Shown one piece after another: positions 39,786 through 49,497 of a DNA stretch of 64,000 nt. The number at the start of each line of letters is the position of its first letter. The first letter of the stretch is position 1. This DNA is from an uncultured Mycobacterium sp. (GTDB taxonomy: Bacteria > Actinomycetota > Actinomycetes > Mycobacteriales > Mycobacteriaceae). The translations under genes and the position numbers were made by a program. Below the pieces are notes generated by a model, which saw only the letters and a program-made list of their open reading frames with translations, searched no databases and had not been told where the DNA came from. Location of the stretch: NCBI GenBank assembly GCA_964387245.1, contig CAYLWH010000002.1:14198-78197 (forward strand), read 5' to 3'.

Positions 39786-41078
39786 CTAAGCCGTCACACC
39801 GCGCAAGGGCACCGACGTCGGCCCAGACAGTGACGGCGTCGTCGTCCAGGTCACCGGGCCCGCCAATTCGAGGCGTGAGAACCGGTCGAACAACGCGTTG
39901 AGCGCCACCGTCACCTCCAGGCGAGCCAGATGCGCACCCATGCAGAAGTGCATGCTGTGGCCGAAGCCGGTGTGGCCGATGGCCTTTCGGTCAACGTCGA
40001 AGCGGTCTGGGTCGTCGAACCGGTGTGGGTCGCGGTTGGCGCCCGCGTAGAACAACACCACGCGCGAGCGTGCCGGGATGACGGTACCCGCCACCTCGTG
40101 GGGGGTCAGCGTGGTGCGGGCCACCCATTGCACCGGTGAGCCCCACCGCAGCGTCTCCTCGATGGCCGCCGGAATCAAGCCGCGCTCGGCACGCAGTCGC
40201 GCATACAGTTCGGGGTCGCGGGCCAGCTGAACAAGCAGCATGCCGAGCAGATTGGTGGTCGTCTCGTTGCCCGCGACCAACAGCAGCATCGCGGCGGCCA
40301 GCGCCTCCGCCGCCGTCATCTCGCCGGCTGCCAGTGCGTCGCGCAACCGGCCGAGGATGTCGGTGTCTCCGGCCCGGCGCTGCCGGAGTTCGTCGAGGAT
40401 CAGCCCGCGAAGTGACCAGATGTTCGGCATCGCCCGGCCGGTGATCATCGCGACGTCGGTCAGCGACCGCGCACCGAACAACGTCGTGACGTCGTGCGAC
40501 CACACCCGGAAGTCCTGCCACCGCGAACGGTCGACGCCCAGCAGCACCGCGATCGCCGAGACCGGCAGCGGCACCGTCAGCGCGGGAACCATGTCGACCA
40601 CGTTGGCGCGTTGCAGCGCGTCGACACCCGGCACCACGAACTCGCCGAGCGCGGATTCGAGCCGGCGGATCGCCGACGGCGTGAAGGCCGGCGCGGTGAT
40701 CCGGCGCAGCCGTTCGTGATCGGGATTGTCGGTGGTCACCACCGTCTGCAGCGGTGCCGAGCGCATCAGGATGCCCGATGCCGACGACAGGGTGTCGTGT
40801 GCGCGGGCGGCTGCGGTGACGTCCTCGTGTCGGGCCAGCATCCAGATGTTCAGCTTCTCGTTGACGTGCACTGGGTGTTCGCGCAGACGTGCCAGGTCGG
40901 GGAACGGGTTGACGATGGCCGTAGGTGAGGTCGGGTCGAATGTGGTGCGCGCGACCGTCGGCGCGGCCCGACGAGTTGGCGGGCGCCGCATATCCTGGTA
41001 GGCGCCCGTTGCGATCATCCGGACCGTTTCGCGCACCGTTACTCCGACCGACGCCATTGTGGTGGAGGAGCGCGCCAT
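39786..41078 (-). CDS. cytochrome P450
   Basis: Heme-binding loop FGHSMHFCMGAHLARLE, EETLRW (ExxR) and AGNETT I-helix. The start is uncertain, with several in-frame Met/Val before TTFDPTSP. Confidence 0.9.
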   Translation of the reverse strand: MARSSTTMASVGVTVRETVRMIATGAYQDMRRPPTRRAAPTVARTTFDPTSPTAIVNPFPDLARLREHPVHVNEKLNIWMLARHEDVTAAARAHDTLSSASGILMRSAPLQTVVTTDNPDHERLRRITAPAFTPSAIRRLESALGEFVVPGVDALQRANVVDMVPALTVPLPVSAIAVLLGVDRSRWQDFRVWSHDVTTLFGARSLTDVAMITGRAMPNIWSLRGLILDELRQRRAGDTDILGRLRDALAAGEMTAAEALAAAMLLLVAGNETTTNLLGMLLVQLARDPELYARLRAERGLIPAAIEETLRWGSPVQWVARTTLTPHEVAGTVIPARSRVVLFYAGANRDPHRFDDPDRFDVDRKAIGHTGFGHSMHFCMGAHLARLEVTVALNALFDRFSRLELAGPVTWTTTPSLSGPTSVPLRGVTA

Positions 41079-41120
41079 GACTTCGACGATGCCGCCGATG
41101 CGGCAGGAACAACATGATCG

Positions 41121-42212
41121 GTGCGGTCAATCGAATGGTCGTTTCGGCCATTCAGATGGTTGAAGCAACTGCCTGTGCCACGATCGGACACTGTGACCGC
41201 GACGCGAAGTCCGGCGGGTGTGCGCTACGCACTGGGGTTGGCGCGCCGCGAGGGGGTGCCCGTTCGGTCACTGCTCGCCGGCACCGGGCTCACCGAGGAC
41301 GAGGTGGTGGCGGCCGGGTACGTCATCGACCAGGACGTGGAGTTCGTGCTGACTGCCAACCTGCTGCGCGAACTCGGCGATCCCGTGGGTGCCGGGATCG
41401 CCGTGGGCGCACAGATCACCGTGGGCGATCTCGGGATCTGGGGATATGCGCTGATCTCAAGTGCCACCGGTGGCGAAGCGCTGGCCGTCGCACTCGCCTA
41501 TGTCAGGCTGGCGCCGACGGTGTTCGACCCGCACGTGTGCGCCGGTGATGTGGCCGGGGTGGTGCTGCGGGACGAGCATCTCCCCGTCGACGTGCGCGAC
41601 TTCTACGCCGCCAGGGATCTGTCCGCATTGCCGTTGTTGCTGCGCACCGCCGGCCTGCACGATGCACCGCTGATCGTCGAGACGGGTTTCGATGGCGCCC
41701 AAGGCCGACGGCTGGCCGCATCGCTTCACCCCATCGATGTGAAAACCGGTGCAGCACAACACTGCATCCGCTTCAACTCCGCAGGACTGGCAACGCCACT
41801 GCCGACCGCAGACTCGGTAACGCGCGCGGCGTGCGCCCGCGAGTGTGAGCGCTTGGTGCACACGCAGGCGCACCAGCCGAGCCTTTCAGCCATGGTGCGT
41901 TCGAGGTTCGCGCAGACGCCCGACTCGATGCCCACGATCGACGAACTGGCCGCCGAACTTCACCTGAGCACCCGCACGCTGCGCCGCCAACTCGACCACG
42001 AGCAGACCACCTACCGCGAGTTGCGCAACGAGGTCACTCGGACGCTGGCGGTCGAGTTACTCAGCGTGGTGGGGCTATCGGTCAACGAGGTGGCCCGGCG
42101 ACTCGGCTACAGCGACACCACCGCGTTCTCGCACGCATTCCGCCGATGGTCGGGTCACCCGGCCAGTGAGTTTCGTGGCGGCACACCGACCTGGTACGTC
42201 AAGACCGTCTAA
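41121..42212 (+). CDS. AraC-family transcriptional regulator
   Basis: C-terminal double HTH (LSTRTLRRQL...LSVNEVARRLGYSDTTAFSHAFRRWSGHPASEFR). Divergent from the P450. Start uncertain. Confidence 0.88.
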   Translation: MRSIEWSFRPFRWLKQLPVPRSDTVTATRSPAGVRYALGLARREGVPVRSLLAGTGLTEDEVVAAGYVIDQDVEFVLTANLLRELGDPVGAGIAVGAQITVGDLGIWGYALISSATGGEALAVALAYVRLAPTVFDPHVCAGDVAGVVLRDEHLPVDVRDFYAARDLSALPLLLRTAGLHDAPLIVETGFDGAQGRRLAASLHPIDVKTGAAQHCIRFNSAGLATPLPTADSVTRAACARECERLVHTQAHQPSLSAMVRSRFAQTPDSMPTIDELAAELHLSTRTLRRQLDHEQTTYRELRNEVTRTLAVELLSVVGLSVNEVARRLGYSDTTAFSHAFRRWSGHPASEFRGGTPTWYVKTV

Positions 42213-42475
42213 TACTTCAATGGGTCGGAACGCACACGAACCTGAGCGTCGGGGTGGTGCGCCGCGTACAGCGGATGCGTCAGGTGAGGGTGTCGGCAGT
42301 GTGGGCACGAACCCGCGGGCAGCTTGGCTGTGGACCCTGTCAGGTGGTGGCACGTCTTGCACCGCACCACGTAGAACGCGCCAATCCAGTTCAGCAACCC
42401 GAGGTAGATCGCGCCCGTCGTGAGTGTTCCCAGCACGACGATCACGAATATTGTGAGGACTTGATAGACCGTCAC
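42209..42475 (-). CDS. membrane-anchored zinc-ribbon hypothetical protein (88 aa)
   Basis: N-terminal TM region (VLTIFVIVVLGTLTTGAIYLGLLNWIGAFYVV), then CKTC-N16-CPHC. Strong SD GGGGAGG 6 nt upstream. Its stop overlaps the araC stop by 4 nt (convergent). Confidence 0.55.
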   Translation of the reverse strand: MTVYQVLTIFVIVVLGTLTTGAIYLGLLNWIGAFYVVRCKTCHHLTGSTAKLPAGSCPHCRHPHLTHPLYAAHHPDAQVRVRSDPLKY

Positions 42476-42533
42476 ATCGAGTACCTCCCCAGTACTAAGA
42501 CCACCTTGACGGATAGCGCCAACGATACGCCCG

Positions 42534-42701
42534 TCAGGTTTTTCGGGCCAGGTCGAAAACCTTTTCCAATTCCTTACCGCGAATCCCCGTCGTCTCGGCC
42601 TTGTGCAGCTTGTGCAGCACCAGTGGGCAGCGCTTGCAGCGTGGCTTGCTGCGGCAGCACTTCTTCTTCGGTTTCAGTCCGGCGACCTTGTTTATCTTCA
42701 C
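42534..42701 (-). CDS. small basic Cys-rich hypothetical protein (55 aa)
   Basis: GTG start gives (M)KINKVAGLKPKKKCCRSKPRCKRCPLVLHKLHKAETTGIRGKELEKVFDLARKT. GGAAAG lies 5 nt upstream. Sits 58 nt upstream of the zinc-ribbon gene on the same strand, divergent from typA. Confidence 0.5.
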   Translation of the reverse strand: MKINKVAGLKPKKKCCRSKPRCKRCPLVLHKLHKAETTGIRGKELEKVFDLARKT

Positions 42702-42753
42702 TCGCGCTTTCCATCGTTTTCGTGTTCGGGACCCACACTGCGACAATCGGCGC

Positions 42754-44661
42754 GTGGCTTCTCACCCCATCTTCAGAAACGTCGCGATCGTGGCCCACGT
42801 CGACCATGGCAAGACCACCCTGGTCGACGCGATGCTGCGGCAATCCGGCGCGCTGCATCACCGCGGTGACGACGCCACTGAACGAATCATGGATTCCGGT
42901 GATCTGGAAAAGGAAAAGGGCATCACCATCCTTGCCAAGAACACCGCCGTTCACCGGCACAACGCCGACGGCACGGTCACTGTGATCAACGTCATAGACA
43001 CCCCGGGTCACGCCGATTTCGGCGGTGAGGTCGAGCGCGGCCTGTCCATGGTCGACGGGGTGCTGCTGCTGGTGGACGCTTCCGAGGGGCCGCTGCCGCA
43101 GACTCGCTTCGTGCTGCGCAAGGCGTTGTCCGCGCATCTGCCGGTGATCCTGGTGGTCAACAAGACGGACCGGCCCGACGCCCGCATCGCCGAGGTTGTC
43201 GAGGCCAGCCACGACCTGCTGCTCGACGTCGCGGCGGACCTGGACGACGAGGCTGCCAAGGCCGCCGAGCATGCGCTCGGCCTGCCGATACTCTTCGCGT
43301 CCGGTCGTGCCGGCGTGGCGTCGACGACGAGACCCGCCGACGGTGACGTTCCCGCGGGCGACAACCTCGATCCGCTCTTCGATGTACTGATGGCACATAT
43401 CCCGTCGCCGGCGGGCGACCCGGACGCGCCGTTGCAGGCGCTGGTGACCAACCTGGACGCTTCGGCGTTCCTGGGCCGGCTGGCGCTGATCCGCATCTAC
43501 AACGGCCGGCTCAAGAAGGGTCAGCAGGTGGCGTGGATGCGCCAGGTGGACGGCCATCCGGTGATCACCAGCGCCAAGATCACCGAACTGCTGGCGACCG
43601 AGGGTGTCGAACGCACCGCCACCAACGAAGCCGTCGCCGGGGACATCGTCGCGGTGGCGGGTCTGCCGGAGATCATGATCGGCGACACGCTGGCCGACCC
43701 CGAGCACGCACACGCGCTGCCGCGGATCACCGTCGACGAGCCGGCGATCTCGGTGACCGTCGGCACCAACACGTCGCCGTTGGCCGGCAAGGTGTCCGGT
43801 CACAAGCTGACCGCGCGAATGGTGAAGAGCCGCTTGGATTCCGAGCTGGTGGGCAACGTGTCGATCCGGGTGGTCGACATCGGCCGGCCGGACGCCTGGG
43901 AAGTCCAGGGTCGCGGCGAACTGGCGCTGGCGGTGCTCGTCGAACAGATGCGCCGAGAGGGCTTCGAGCTGACCGTGGGCAAGCCGCAGGTGGTCACCCG
44001 CACGATCGACGGCGCCGTTCACGAGCCGTTCGAGGCGGTGACGATCGACTGTCCCGAGGAGTACGTCGGTGCGGTGACGCAGTTGATGGCCGCCCGGAAG
44101 GGCCGCATGGAGGAGATGGCCAACCACACCACCGGATGGGTGCGGATGGACTTCGTCGTGCCCAGCCGGGGGCTGATCGGCTTCCGCACCGATTTCCTCA
44201 CCGAGACCCGCGGCACCGGTATCGCCAACGCGGTGTTCGACGGCTACCGGCCGTGGGCCGGTGAGATCCGGGCGCGGCACACCGGGTCGCTGGTGTCGGA
44301 CCGCACCGGCAGCATCACGCCGTTCGCGATGATCCAACTCTCCGACCGCGGCCAGTTCTTCGTGGAGCCCGGCCAGGACACCTACGAGGGCCAGGTGGTC
44401 GGGATCAACCCACGCCCGGAGGATCTCGACATCAACATCACCCGAGAGAAGAAATTGACGAACATGCGGTCGTCGACGGCGGACGTGTTCGAGACGATGG
44501 CGAAACCGCTGGAACTCGACCTCGAGCAGGCGATGGAGTTCTGCGCGGTCGATGAGTGCGTCGAAGTGACACCGGAGATCGTGCGGGTGCGCAAGGTCGA
44601 TCTCGACGCGACCACCCGTGCCCGGAACCGGTCACGCGCCAAGCAGGCGGCCAGGGGCTGA
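42754..44661 (+). CDS. typA: translational GTPase TypA/BipA
   Basis: GTG start gives (M)ASHPIFRNVAIVAHVDHGKTTLVDAMLRQSG. G-domain motifs DTPGHADFGGEVER and NKTD. 635 aa. Confidence 0.95.
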   Translation: MASHPIFRNVAIVAHVDHGKTTLVDAMLRQSGALHHRGDDATERIMDSGDLEKEKGITILAKNTAVHRHNADGTVTVINVIDTPGHADFGGEVERGLSMVDGVLLLVDASEGPLPQTRFVLRKALSAHLPVILVVNKTDRPDARIAEVVEASHDLLLDVAADLDDEAAKAAEHALGLPILFASGRAGVASTTRPADGDVPAGDNLDPLFDVLMAHIPSPAGDPDAPLQALVTNLDASAFLGRLALIRIYNGRLKKGQQVAWMRQVDGHPVITSAKITELLATEGVERTATNEAVAGDIVAVAGLPEIMIGDTLADPEHAHALPRITVDEPAISVTVGTNTSPLAGKVSGHKLTARMVKSRLDSELVGNVSIRVVDIGRPDAWEVQGRGELALAVLVEQMRREGFELTVGKPQVVTRTIDGAVHEPFEAVTIDCPEEYVGAVTQLMAARKGRMEEMANHTTGWVRMDFVVPSRGLIGFRTDFLTETRGTGIANAVFDGYRPWAGEIRARHTGSLVSDRTGSITPFAMIQLSDRGQFFVEPGQDTYEGQVVGINPRPEDLDINITREKKLTNMRSSTADVFETMAKPLELDLEQAMEFCAVDECVEVTPEIVRVRKVDLDATTRARNRSRAKQAARG

Positions 44662-44697
44662 CGACGACACCACCGGGCGCGCCCGGGACATGGCGCG

Positions 44698-46632
44698 GTG
44701 TTTGTTCGTCTGCTCGATACCCTGAGTGACGTGCCGACCGCCCGCCGCCTAAAGACGACCGCGGCAGTGCTGTCGGTTCTGGCGGTGGCCGGGTGTGCGG
44801 TGGATGCGCCGCCGGCGCCGCAGAGCACCGACACCGCTCAGACCGCCGCGCCGCCGGCCCCGAAAGCAACGCAGATCACCATGGGCATCGACAACATCGG
44901 GCCCGGCTTCAATCCGCACCTGCTGTCGGACCAGTCGCCGGTCAATGCCGCGATCAGTGCCCTGGTGCTGCCCAGCGCGTTCCGCCCGGTCCACGACCCG
45001 GCGACTCCGACGGGGTCGAAGTGGGTTATCGACGGGTCGCTGCTGCAGTCGGCCGAGGTGACAAGCGAAATCCCGTTCACGGTCACCTACAAGATCCGGC
45101 CCGAGGCGTCGTGGACCGACAACGCCCCCATCGCGGCCGACGACTTCTGGTACCTGTGGCGCCAGATGGTCAGCCAACCCGGTGTCGTCGACCCGGCCGG
45201 TTACGACCTGATCACCGGGGTGCAGTCAATCGACGGCGGCAAGACGGCCGTCGTGACATTCTCGAAGCCTTACCCGGCCTGGCGTGAGTTGTTCACCGAC
45301 ATCCTGCCCGCCCACATCGTCAAGGACGTCCCGGGTGGCTTCGGGGCGGGTCTGGTGCGCACCATGCCGGTCACCGCAGGACCCTTCCGGGTCGAAAGCA
45401 TCGATCCGCAACGCGACGAGATTCTGCTGGCCCGCAATGACCGGTTCTGGGGTCTGCCCGCCGGCCCCGATCAGATCCTGTTCCGCCGGGCCGGTTCACC
45501 GGCCGCGCTGGCCGATTCGATCCGAAACGGTGACACTCAGGTCGCTCAGGTCCACGGCAGCGCCGTGGCCTTCGCGCAACTGTCGGCGATCCCGCGGGTG
45601 CGCACCGGCCGGATCCTCACACCCCGCGTCATGCAGTTGTCGCTGCGTGCCCAAAAGCCCGCGCTGTTCGATCCGCAGGTGCGCAGGGCGCTGCTCGGCC
45701 TGCTGGACGTCGGCCTGCTGGCGTCGGTCGGCTCCGGCAGTGACAGCACCGTGACGCTTGCACAGGCACAGGTGCGCGCACCGTCTGATCCCGGCTACCG
45801 GCCCACCGCCCCGCCCGCCCTGACGCAACAGGCCGCGCTGGATCTGCTGGCGGGCACCGGCTATGACATCGACCCAGACGCCGCACCCGCGACACCCCTT
45901 CCGGTGCCGTCCCCCGGTTCGGCCAATTCGCCGGCCCCGCCGCGCGCCGCGCCCACCCGCGGACGGATCAGCAAGGACGGCCAGCAGCTGAGCCTGGTGA
46001 TCGGTGTTGCGGCCAACGACCCCACCTCGGTGTCGGTCGCCAACACCGCGGCCGATCAACTGCGCAATGTCGGCATCGCTGCGACGGTGTCGGCCCTGGA
46101 TCCCGTTGTCCTGTACGGTGACGCGCTGACCAACAACCGGGTGGATGCCATCGTGGGCTGGCATCGGGCCGGGGGAGACCTGGCGACGGCGCTCGCGTCC
46201 CGCTACGGCTGCCCGGCGTTGGACGCCACGCCGGTGTCCACCCTGGGTTCCGCGACGAAGCCGGTGTCGACGCCGGAGGCGCCCAGACCGATTCCCACTC
46301 CCAGACTGACCAGGACCACGCAGTCCACCACCACGCCGGCCGTCCCGCCCGCCGAGGGGGGCGCGCTGGTGCAGGCGCCGTCCAACATCACCGGGCTCTG
46401 CGACCGCGGTATTCAGGCCAATATCGATGCGGCCCTTGATGGTTCGAAGAGTGTCGACGAGGTCATCGACGCGGTGGAGCCGCGGCTGTGGAGTATGGCG
46501 ACCTTGCTGCCGATCCTGCAGGACAACACCATCGTCGCGGCCGGGCCCTCGGTGCAGAACGTCAACCTGACCGGTGCGATCCCTGTCGGGATCGTCGGTG
46601 ACGCGGGCATGTGGGTGAAGACTACGAAGTGA
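44698..46632 (+). CDS. lpqW: family-5 ABC substrate-binding-fold lipoprotein LpqW (PIM/LAM pathway regulator)
   Basis: Lipobox LAVAGC, then [12 protein letters not shown]_bac_5-like body. Synteny typA-lpqW. A GTG at 44731 is an alternative start. Confidence 0.82.
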   Translation: MFVRLLDTLSDVPTARRLKTTAAVLSVLAVAGCAVDAPPAPQSTDTAQTAAPPAPKATQITMGIDNIGPGFNPHLLSDQSPVNAAISALVLPSAFRPVHDPATPTGSKWVIDGSLLQSAEVTSEIPFTVTYKIRPEASWTDNAPIAADDFWYLWRQMVSQPGVVDPAGYDLITGVQSIDGGKTAVVTFSKPYPAWRELFTDILPAHIVKDVPGGFGAGLVRTMPVTAGPFRVESIDPQRDEILLARNDRFWGLPAGPDQILFRRAGSPAALADSIRNGDTQVAQVHGSAVAFAQLSAIPRVRTGRILTPRVMQLSLRAQKPALFDPQVRRALLGLLDVGLLASVGSGSDSTVTLAQAQVRAPSDPGYRPTAPPALTQQAALDLLAGTGYDIDPDAAPATPLPVPSPGSANSPAPPRAAPTRGRISKDGQQLSLVIGVAANDPTSVSVANTAADQLRNVGIAATVSALDPVVLYGDALTNNRVDAIVGWHRAGGDLATALASRYGCPALDATPVSTLGSATKPVSTPEAPRPIPTPRLTRTTQSTTTPAVPPAEGGALVQAPSNITGLCDRGIQANIDAALDGSKSVDEVIDAVEPRLWSMATLLPILQDNTIVAAGPSVQNVNLTGAIPVGIVGDAGMWVKTTK

Positions 46633-46787
46633 CGAACGGGTGATATGGCGGTGGGCCACTCCGACCTGGCGGGGATCACCCGGATCGTGTGCGGATGCCG
46701 GGCCCGCTACTCGACGTAGATCGTTGCCGACCGCGACGCGGCAACGCCCCCTGTTAGCTGTGCATGAGCGTGCAGCCTGCTCCGCTT

Positions 46788-46842
46788 GAAACAACAGCGC
46801 CCAACTTGCACGTTGCGGTGCCGCAACGTCTGTTCAAGCAAG
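46788..46842. repeat. left copy of the imperfect direct repeat flanking the orphan gene
   Basis: Ordered blocks GAAACAA, GCACGTTGCG, GCAACGTC and CAAGCAAG recur in the same order at 48327-48379. Contains the near-palindrome ACGTTGCGGTGCCGCAACGT. Confidence 0.55.
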
Positions 46843-46874
46843 TGGCCCCCCTTCGCGAGGAGGGGGGCCACTTG
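46839..46874. terminator. bidirectional stem-loop (14-bp stem)
   Basis: CAAGTGGCCCCCCT (46839-46852) pairs with AGGGGGGCCACTTG (46861-46874). Lies between convergent lpqW and the orphan gene. Confidence 0.75.
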
Positions 46875-46909
46875 ATTCGGACAGTTGTCAGCTCACGACT
46901 CCGATGTCG

Positions 46910-48217
46910 TCAACTCACCCCGCCGTCGGACTTGTCGCTGCCGCCCGTGGAGCCACCGCCGCCGCCGGATTCACCGCCGCCCCTGACGGTTGCGCCGGAT
47001 GCGCCGGATGCGCCGGTTGCACCCTTTGCGCCACTGTCATCAGTCTTGCTCTTGCTCTTGCCCTTGCTGAAGCTCTTCCTGACGTCGTCACCGAGCTTCT
47101 TGAGGGAGTTGCGGAAATTTGCGAGCGGCTTGTCGGCCTTGTCGGATTTCTTGGAGACCCTGGCCAGCGCGTCAGGCAGGACCTTGACGACATCGGTCGC
47201 CTTTTGGTCTGTCTTCTCCTCTTGTTCTGTCTTCTGCTCGGCAGAAGCCAAAGTGATCGCATCCTTCTGGTCCGCCGAAGCTGAGCCCTGCCTATTCGCG
47301 ACGGTTTGCTCCGGCTCCGAAGGAGGAGGGGGAGCGATCGAATCGGCGATTTTCTGCAGGTAGTTGTGCACACCGGCGATCGGCCCGGACGTCTCCAGAT
47401 TCACGGTCGCCCCCCCCAACCCGACAGTAAGGCCGAAATTCCTGGTGCTGAGCAGACCGCCGAAGCCCGCGACGAGGGTCACATCGGGAAGTGGGAACGG
47501 GAGATCGATCGTCCTGTCGATAGCGTCGGGTGTTCCGTTGAGGAAGCCGTCGGCGATGGTAGGACCGAAATCGATCAGAGCCCGTACCGCGCTGTCGAGG
47601 CTGGCGTTGTCACCGAACGTCCCGTCGACAACGGCGTTGACGGCGTCAACGGTCGCCACCACCGTAGCGATAAGCGGAGATATCGCCGACACGCCGACCG
47701 CCAACAGGTTGGGAAGGTTCAGCGCCGTTTCGAGTCCGGCGGCGATGTTTGCGAACGGCTTGATGATCGCGTCCGAGACGGCATTGAACAACTCGACGCT
47801 GACAGGAATCAACGGAAGCAGTGGAGCAACCAGGACTCCGACCGCCGCGCCCAAGCCGCCGTCTTCGGCGAAGAGTGCTTGGATAGCCTCCACCGCGGTG
47901 ATCGGCAACCTCAATATATAGCCGCCCGCGCCGACGACGAGGTCTACGGCCGGTCCGGCTATCGATGTCGCGCTGTCGCCGGTGTTGCTCAGAATCTGCG
48001 ACAGAATCGGCAGCGGATCGTCGAACAACGCCGGCAGCAATTCACTCAAGTTGGCGCTGGTGTTTGCGAACAGGTCCTCGTAGGTCGCCGTGGTCTCGAC
48101 GATCGGCGACGCGATTCGGAGGTCGGGCGGCGGTGGTGCCAGCGGGCTGGCCACGATTGCAGTGGCACTCACAAGCGCAAGTCCTGCGGTTGCCAACGGA
48201 CCAATGGCATGTTGCAT
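46910..48217 (-). CDS. orphan secreted/surface-type hypothetical protein (435 aa) with Lys/Ser/Gly-rich disordered tail
   Basis: N-terminal hydrophobic segment followed by PPPP. A ~290-aa Cys-free Ala/Val/Leu/Ile/Gly/Asp-rich region. PPPPSEPEQ linker, then a K/D/E/S-rich and GASGASGAT/GGGGG tail. Visibly lower GC than its neighbours. Confidence 0.7.
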   Translation of the reverse strand: MQHAIGPLATAGLALVSATAIVASPLAPPPPDLRIASPIVETTATYEDLFANTSANLSELLPALFDDPLPILSQILSNTGDSATSIAGPAVDLVVGAGGYILRLPITAVEAIQALFAEDGGLGAAVGVLVAPLLPLIPVSVELFNAVSDAIIKPFANIAAGLETALNLPNLLAVGVSAISPLIATVVATVDAVNAVVDGTFGDNASLDSAVRALIDFGPTIADGFLNGTPDAIDRTIDLPFPLPDVTLVAGFGGLLSTRNFGLTVGLGGATVNLETSGPIAGVHNYLQKIADSIAPPPPSEPEQTVANRQGSASADQKDAITLASAEQKTEQEEKTDQKATDVVKVLPDALARVSKKSDKADKPLANFRNSLKKLGDDVRKSFSKGKSKSKTDDSGAKGATGASGASGATVRGGGESGGGGGSTGGSDKSDGGVS

Positions 48218-48326
48218 GTCTGCCCCCTCGGGCGGAGTGCTTCCGGTCTACGGCGGACGCTACCTGAGAAGAACCTGAGTAACTAGTAAGAGGCCGAAAC
48301 AGTTTCGTGTTGCAATCGAAATCTTA

Positions 48327-48379
48327 GAAACAAGCACGTTGCGCACTTCCGCGGAGTCCTCCGGGCAACGTCAAGCAAG
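48327..48379. repeat. right copy of the imperfect direct repeat flanking the orphan gene
   Basis: GAAACAA-GCACGTTGCG-(21 nt)-GCAACGTC-AAGCAAG. Lies in the AT-rich 330-nt region between the orphan gene start and mshB. Confidence 0.55.
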
Positions 48380-48549
48380 GCTGCATCGACAGACTGGCGA
48401 CGATCACCGGTGACGGTGTGATCCGCTCCGGTGGCATTTGGAGACATGTGTCCCGGTCGGACCGACTCCGAGACAACGATCGCGGCCAGGCTCGGCCCGC
48501 GTGATGGTCCTCAGGCGTCGGCCGATTACGGTCCGGGGAAGTCTAGGGT

Positions 48550-49437
48550 GTGGCGATGCCCAACGTGGTTCCCCGGCTGCTGTTCGTCCACGCCCACCCC
48601 GATGACGAGACCCTCACCAACGGCGCCACCATTGCGCACTACGCCGCGCGCGGCGCCGAGGTGCACGTCGTGACCTGCACGCTCGGCGAGGAGGGTGAGG
48701 TCATCGGCGATCGCTGGGCGCAGCTGACCGTCGAGCACGCCGATCAACTCGGCGGTTACCGCATCGCCGAACTGTCCGCGGCGCTGCGTCTGCTTGGCAT
48801 CGGCGAGCCGATTTTCCTCGGTGGGGCCGGCCGCTGGCGCGACTCCGGAATGGCCGGCACCCGGACGGTTTCGCGGAGCCGGCGGTTCGTCGCCTCCGGC
48901 GAGGACGCCGTCTCCGCGCTGGTCGACATTATCCGGCGCCTGCGCCCGCATGTCGTGGTGACTTATGACCCGAACGGCGGCTACGGACATCCCGACCACA
49001 TCCGAACCCATGACGTCACCAGCGCCGCCGTGGCGGCTGCCGGCTCCGACAACCCGCCAGGCCGACCGTGGACTGTGCCGAAGTTCTACTGGACGGTGAC
49101 CGCCCGCAGTGCATGGGCGAGCGCCGCCCGGGAACTCACCACCGAAGACCTGTTGTCGCACTGGAAGTTGCCCGGCGAAGGAACTGGCGCGATCGGATTC
49201 GACGACGATCAGATCACCACATGTGTCGATGCAACCGAAGCGCTTCCCGCCAAGCTCGCCGCGCTCAATGCCCATGCCACCCAGGTGGTCGTGGGCCCCA
49301 CCGGACGGGCCTGCGCACTGTCGAACGATCTTGCGCTGCCGGTCCTCGGTCACGAGCACTACGTGCTGGTGTCCGGTGAGCCGGGGCTTCGAGACCACCG
49401 GGGCTGGGAATCCGATCTGCTGGCCGGCCTGCGTTGA
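48550..49437 (+). CDS. mshB: GlcNAc-Ins deacetylase (mycothiol biosynthesis)
   Basis: [22 protein letters not shown] (LmbE/PIG-L AHPDDE motif) and HPDH. About 293 aa. An alternative ATG is at 48556. Confidence 0.92.
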   Translation: MAMPNVVPRLLFVHAHPDDETLTNGATIAHYAARGAEVHVVTCTLGEEGEVIGDRWAQLTVEHADQLGGYRIAELSAALRLLGIGEPIFLGGAGRWRDSGMAGTRTVSRSRRFVASGEDAVSALVDIIRRLRPHVVVTYDPNGGYGHPDHIRTHDVTSAAVAAAGSDNPPGRPWTVPKFYWTVTARSAWASAARELTTEDLLSHWKLPGEGTGAIGFDDDQITTCVDATEALPAKLAALNAHATQVVVGPTGRACALSNDLALPVLGHEHYVLVSGEPGLRDHRGWESDLLAGLR

Positions 49438-49450
49438 TCCCCAACGGTGA

Positions 49451-49481
49451 CGGCGGGGCTGCCCCCTCCGCAGCCCCGCCG
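49451..49481. terminator. stem-loop between convergent mshB and the small ORF
   Basis: CGGCGGGGCTG (49451-49461) pairs with CAGCCCCGCCG (49471-49481); 9-nt loop. Confidence 0.65.
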
Positions 49482-49497
49482 GCAAGTCCGCTGCGGG

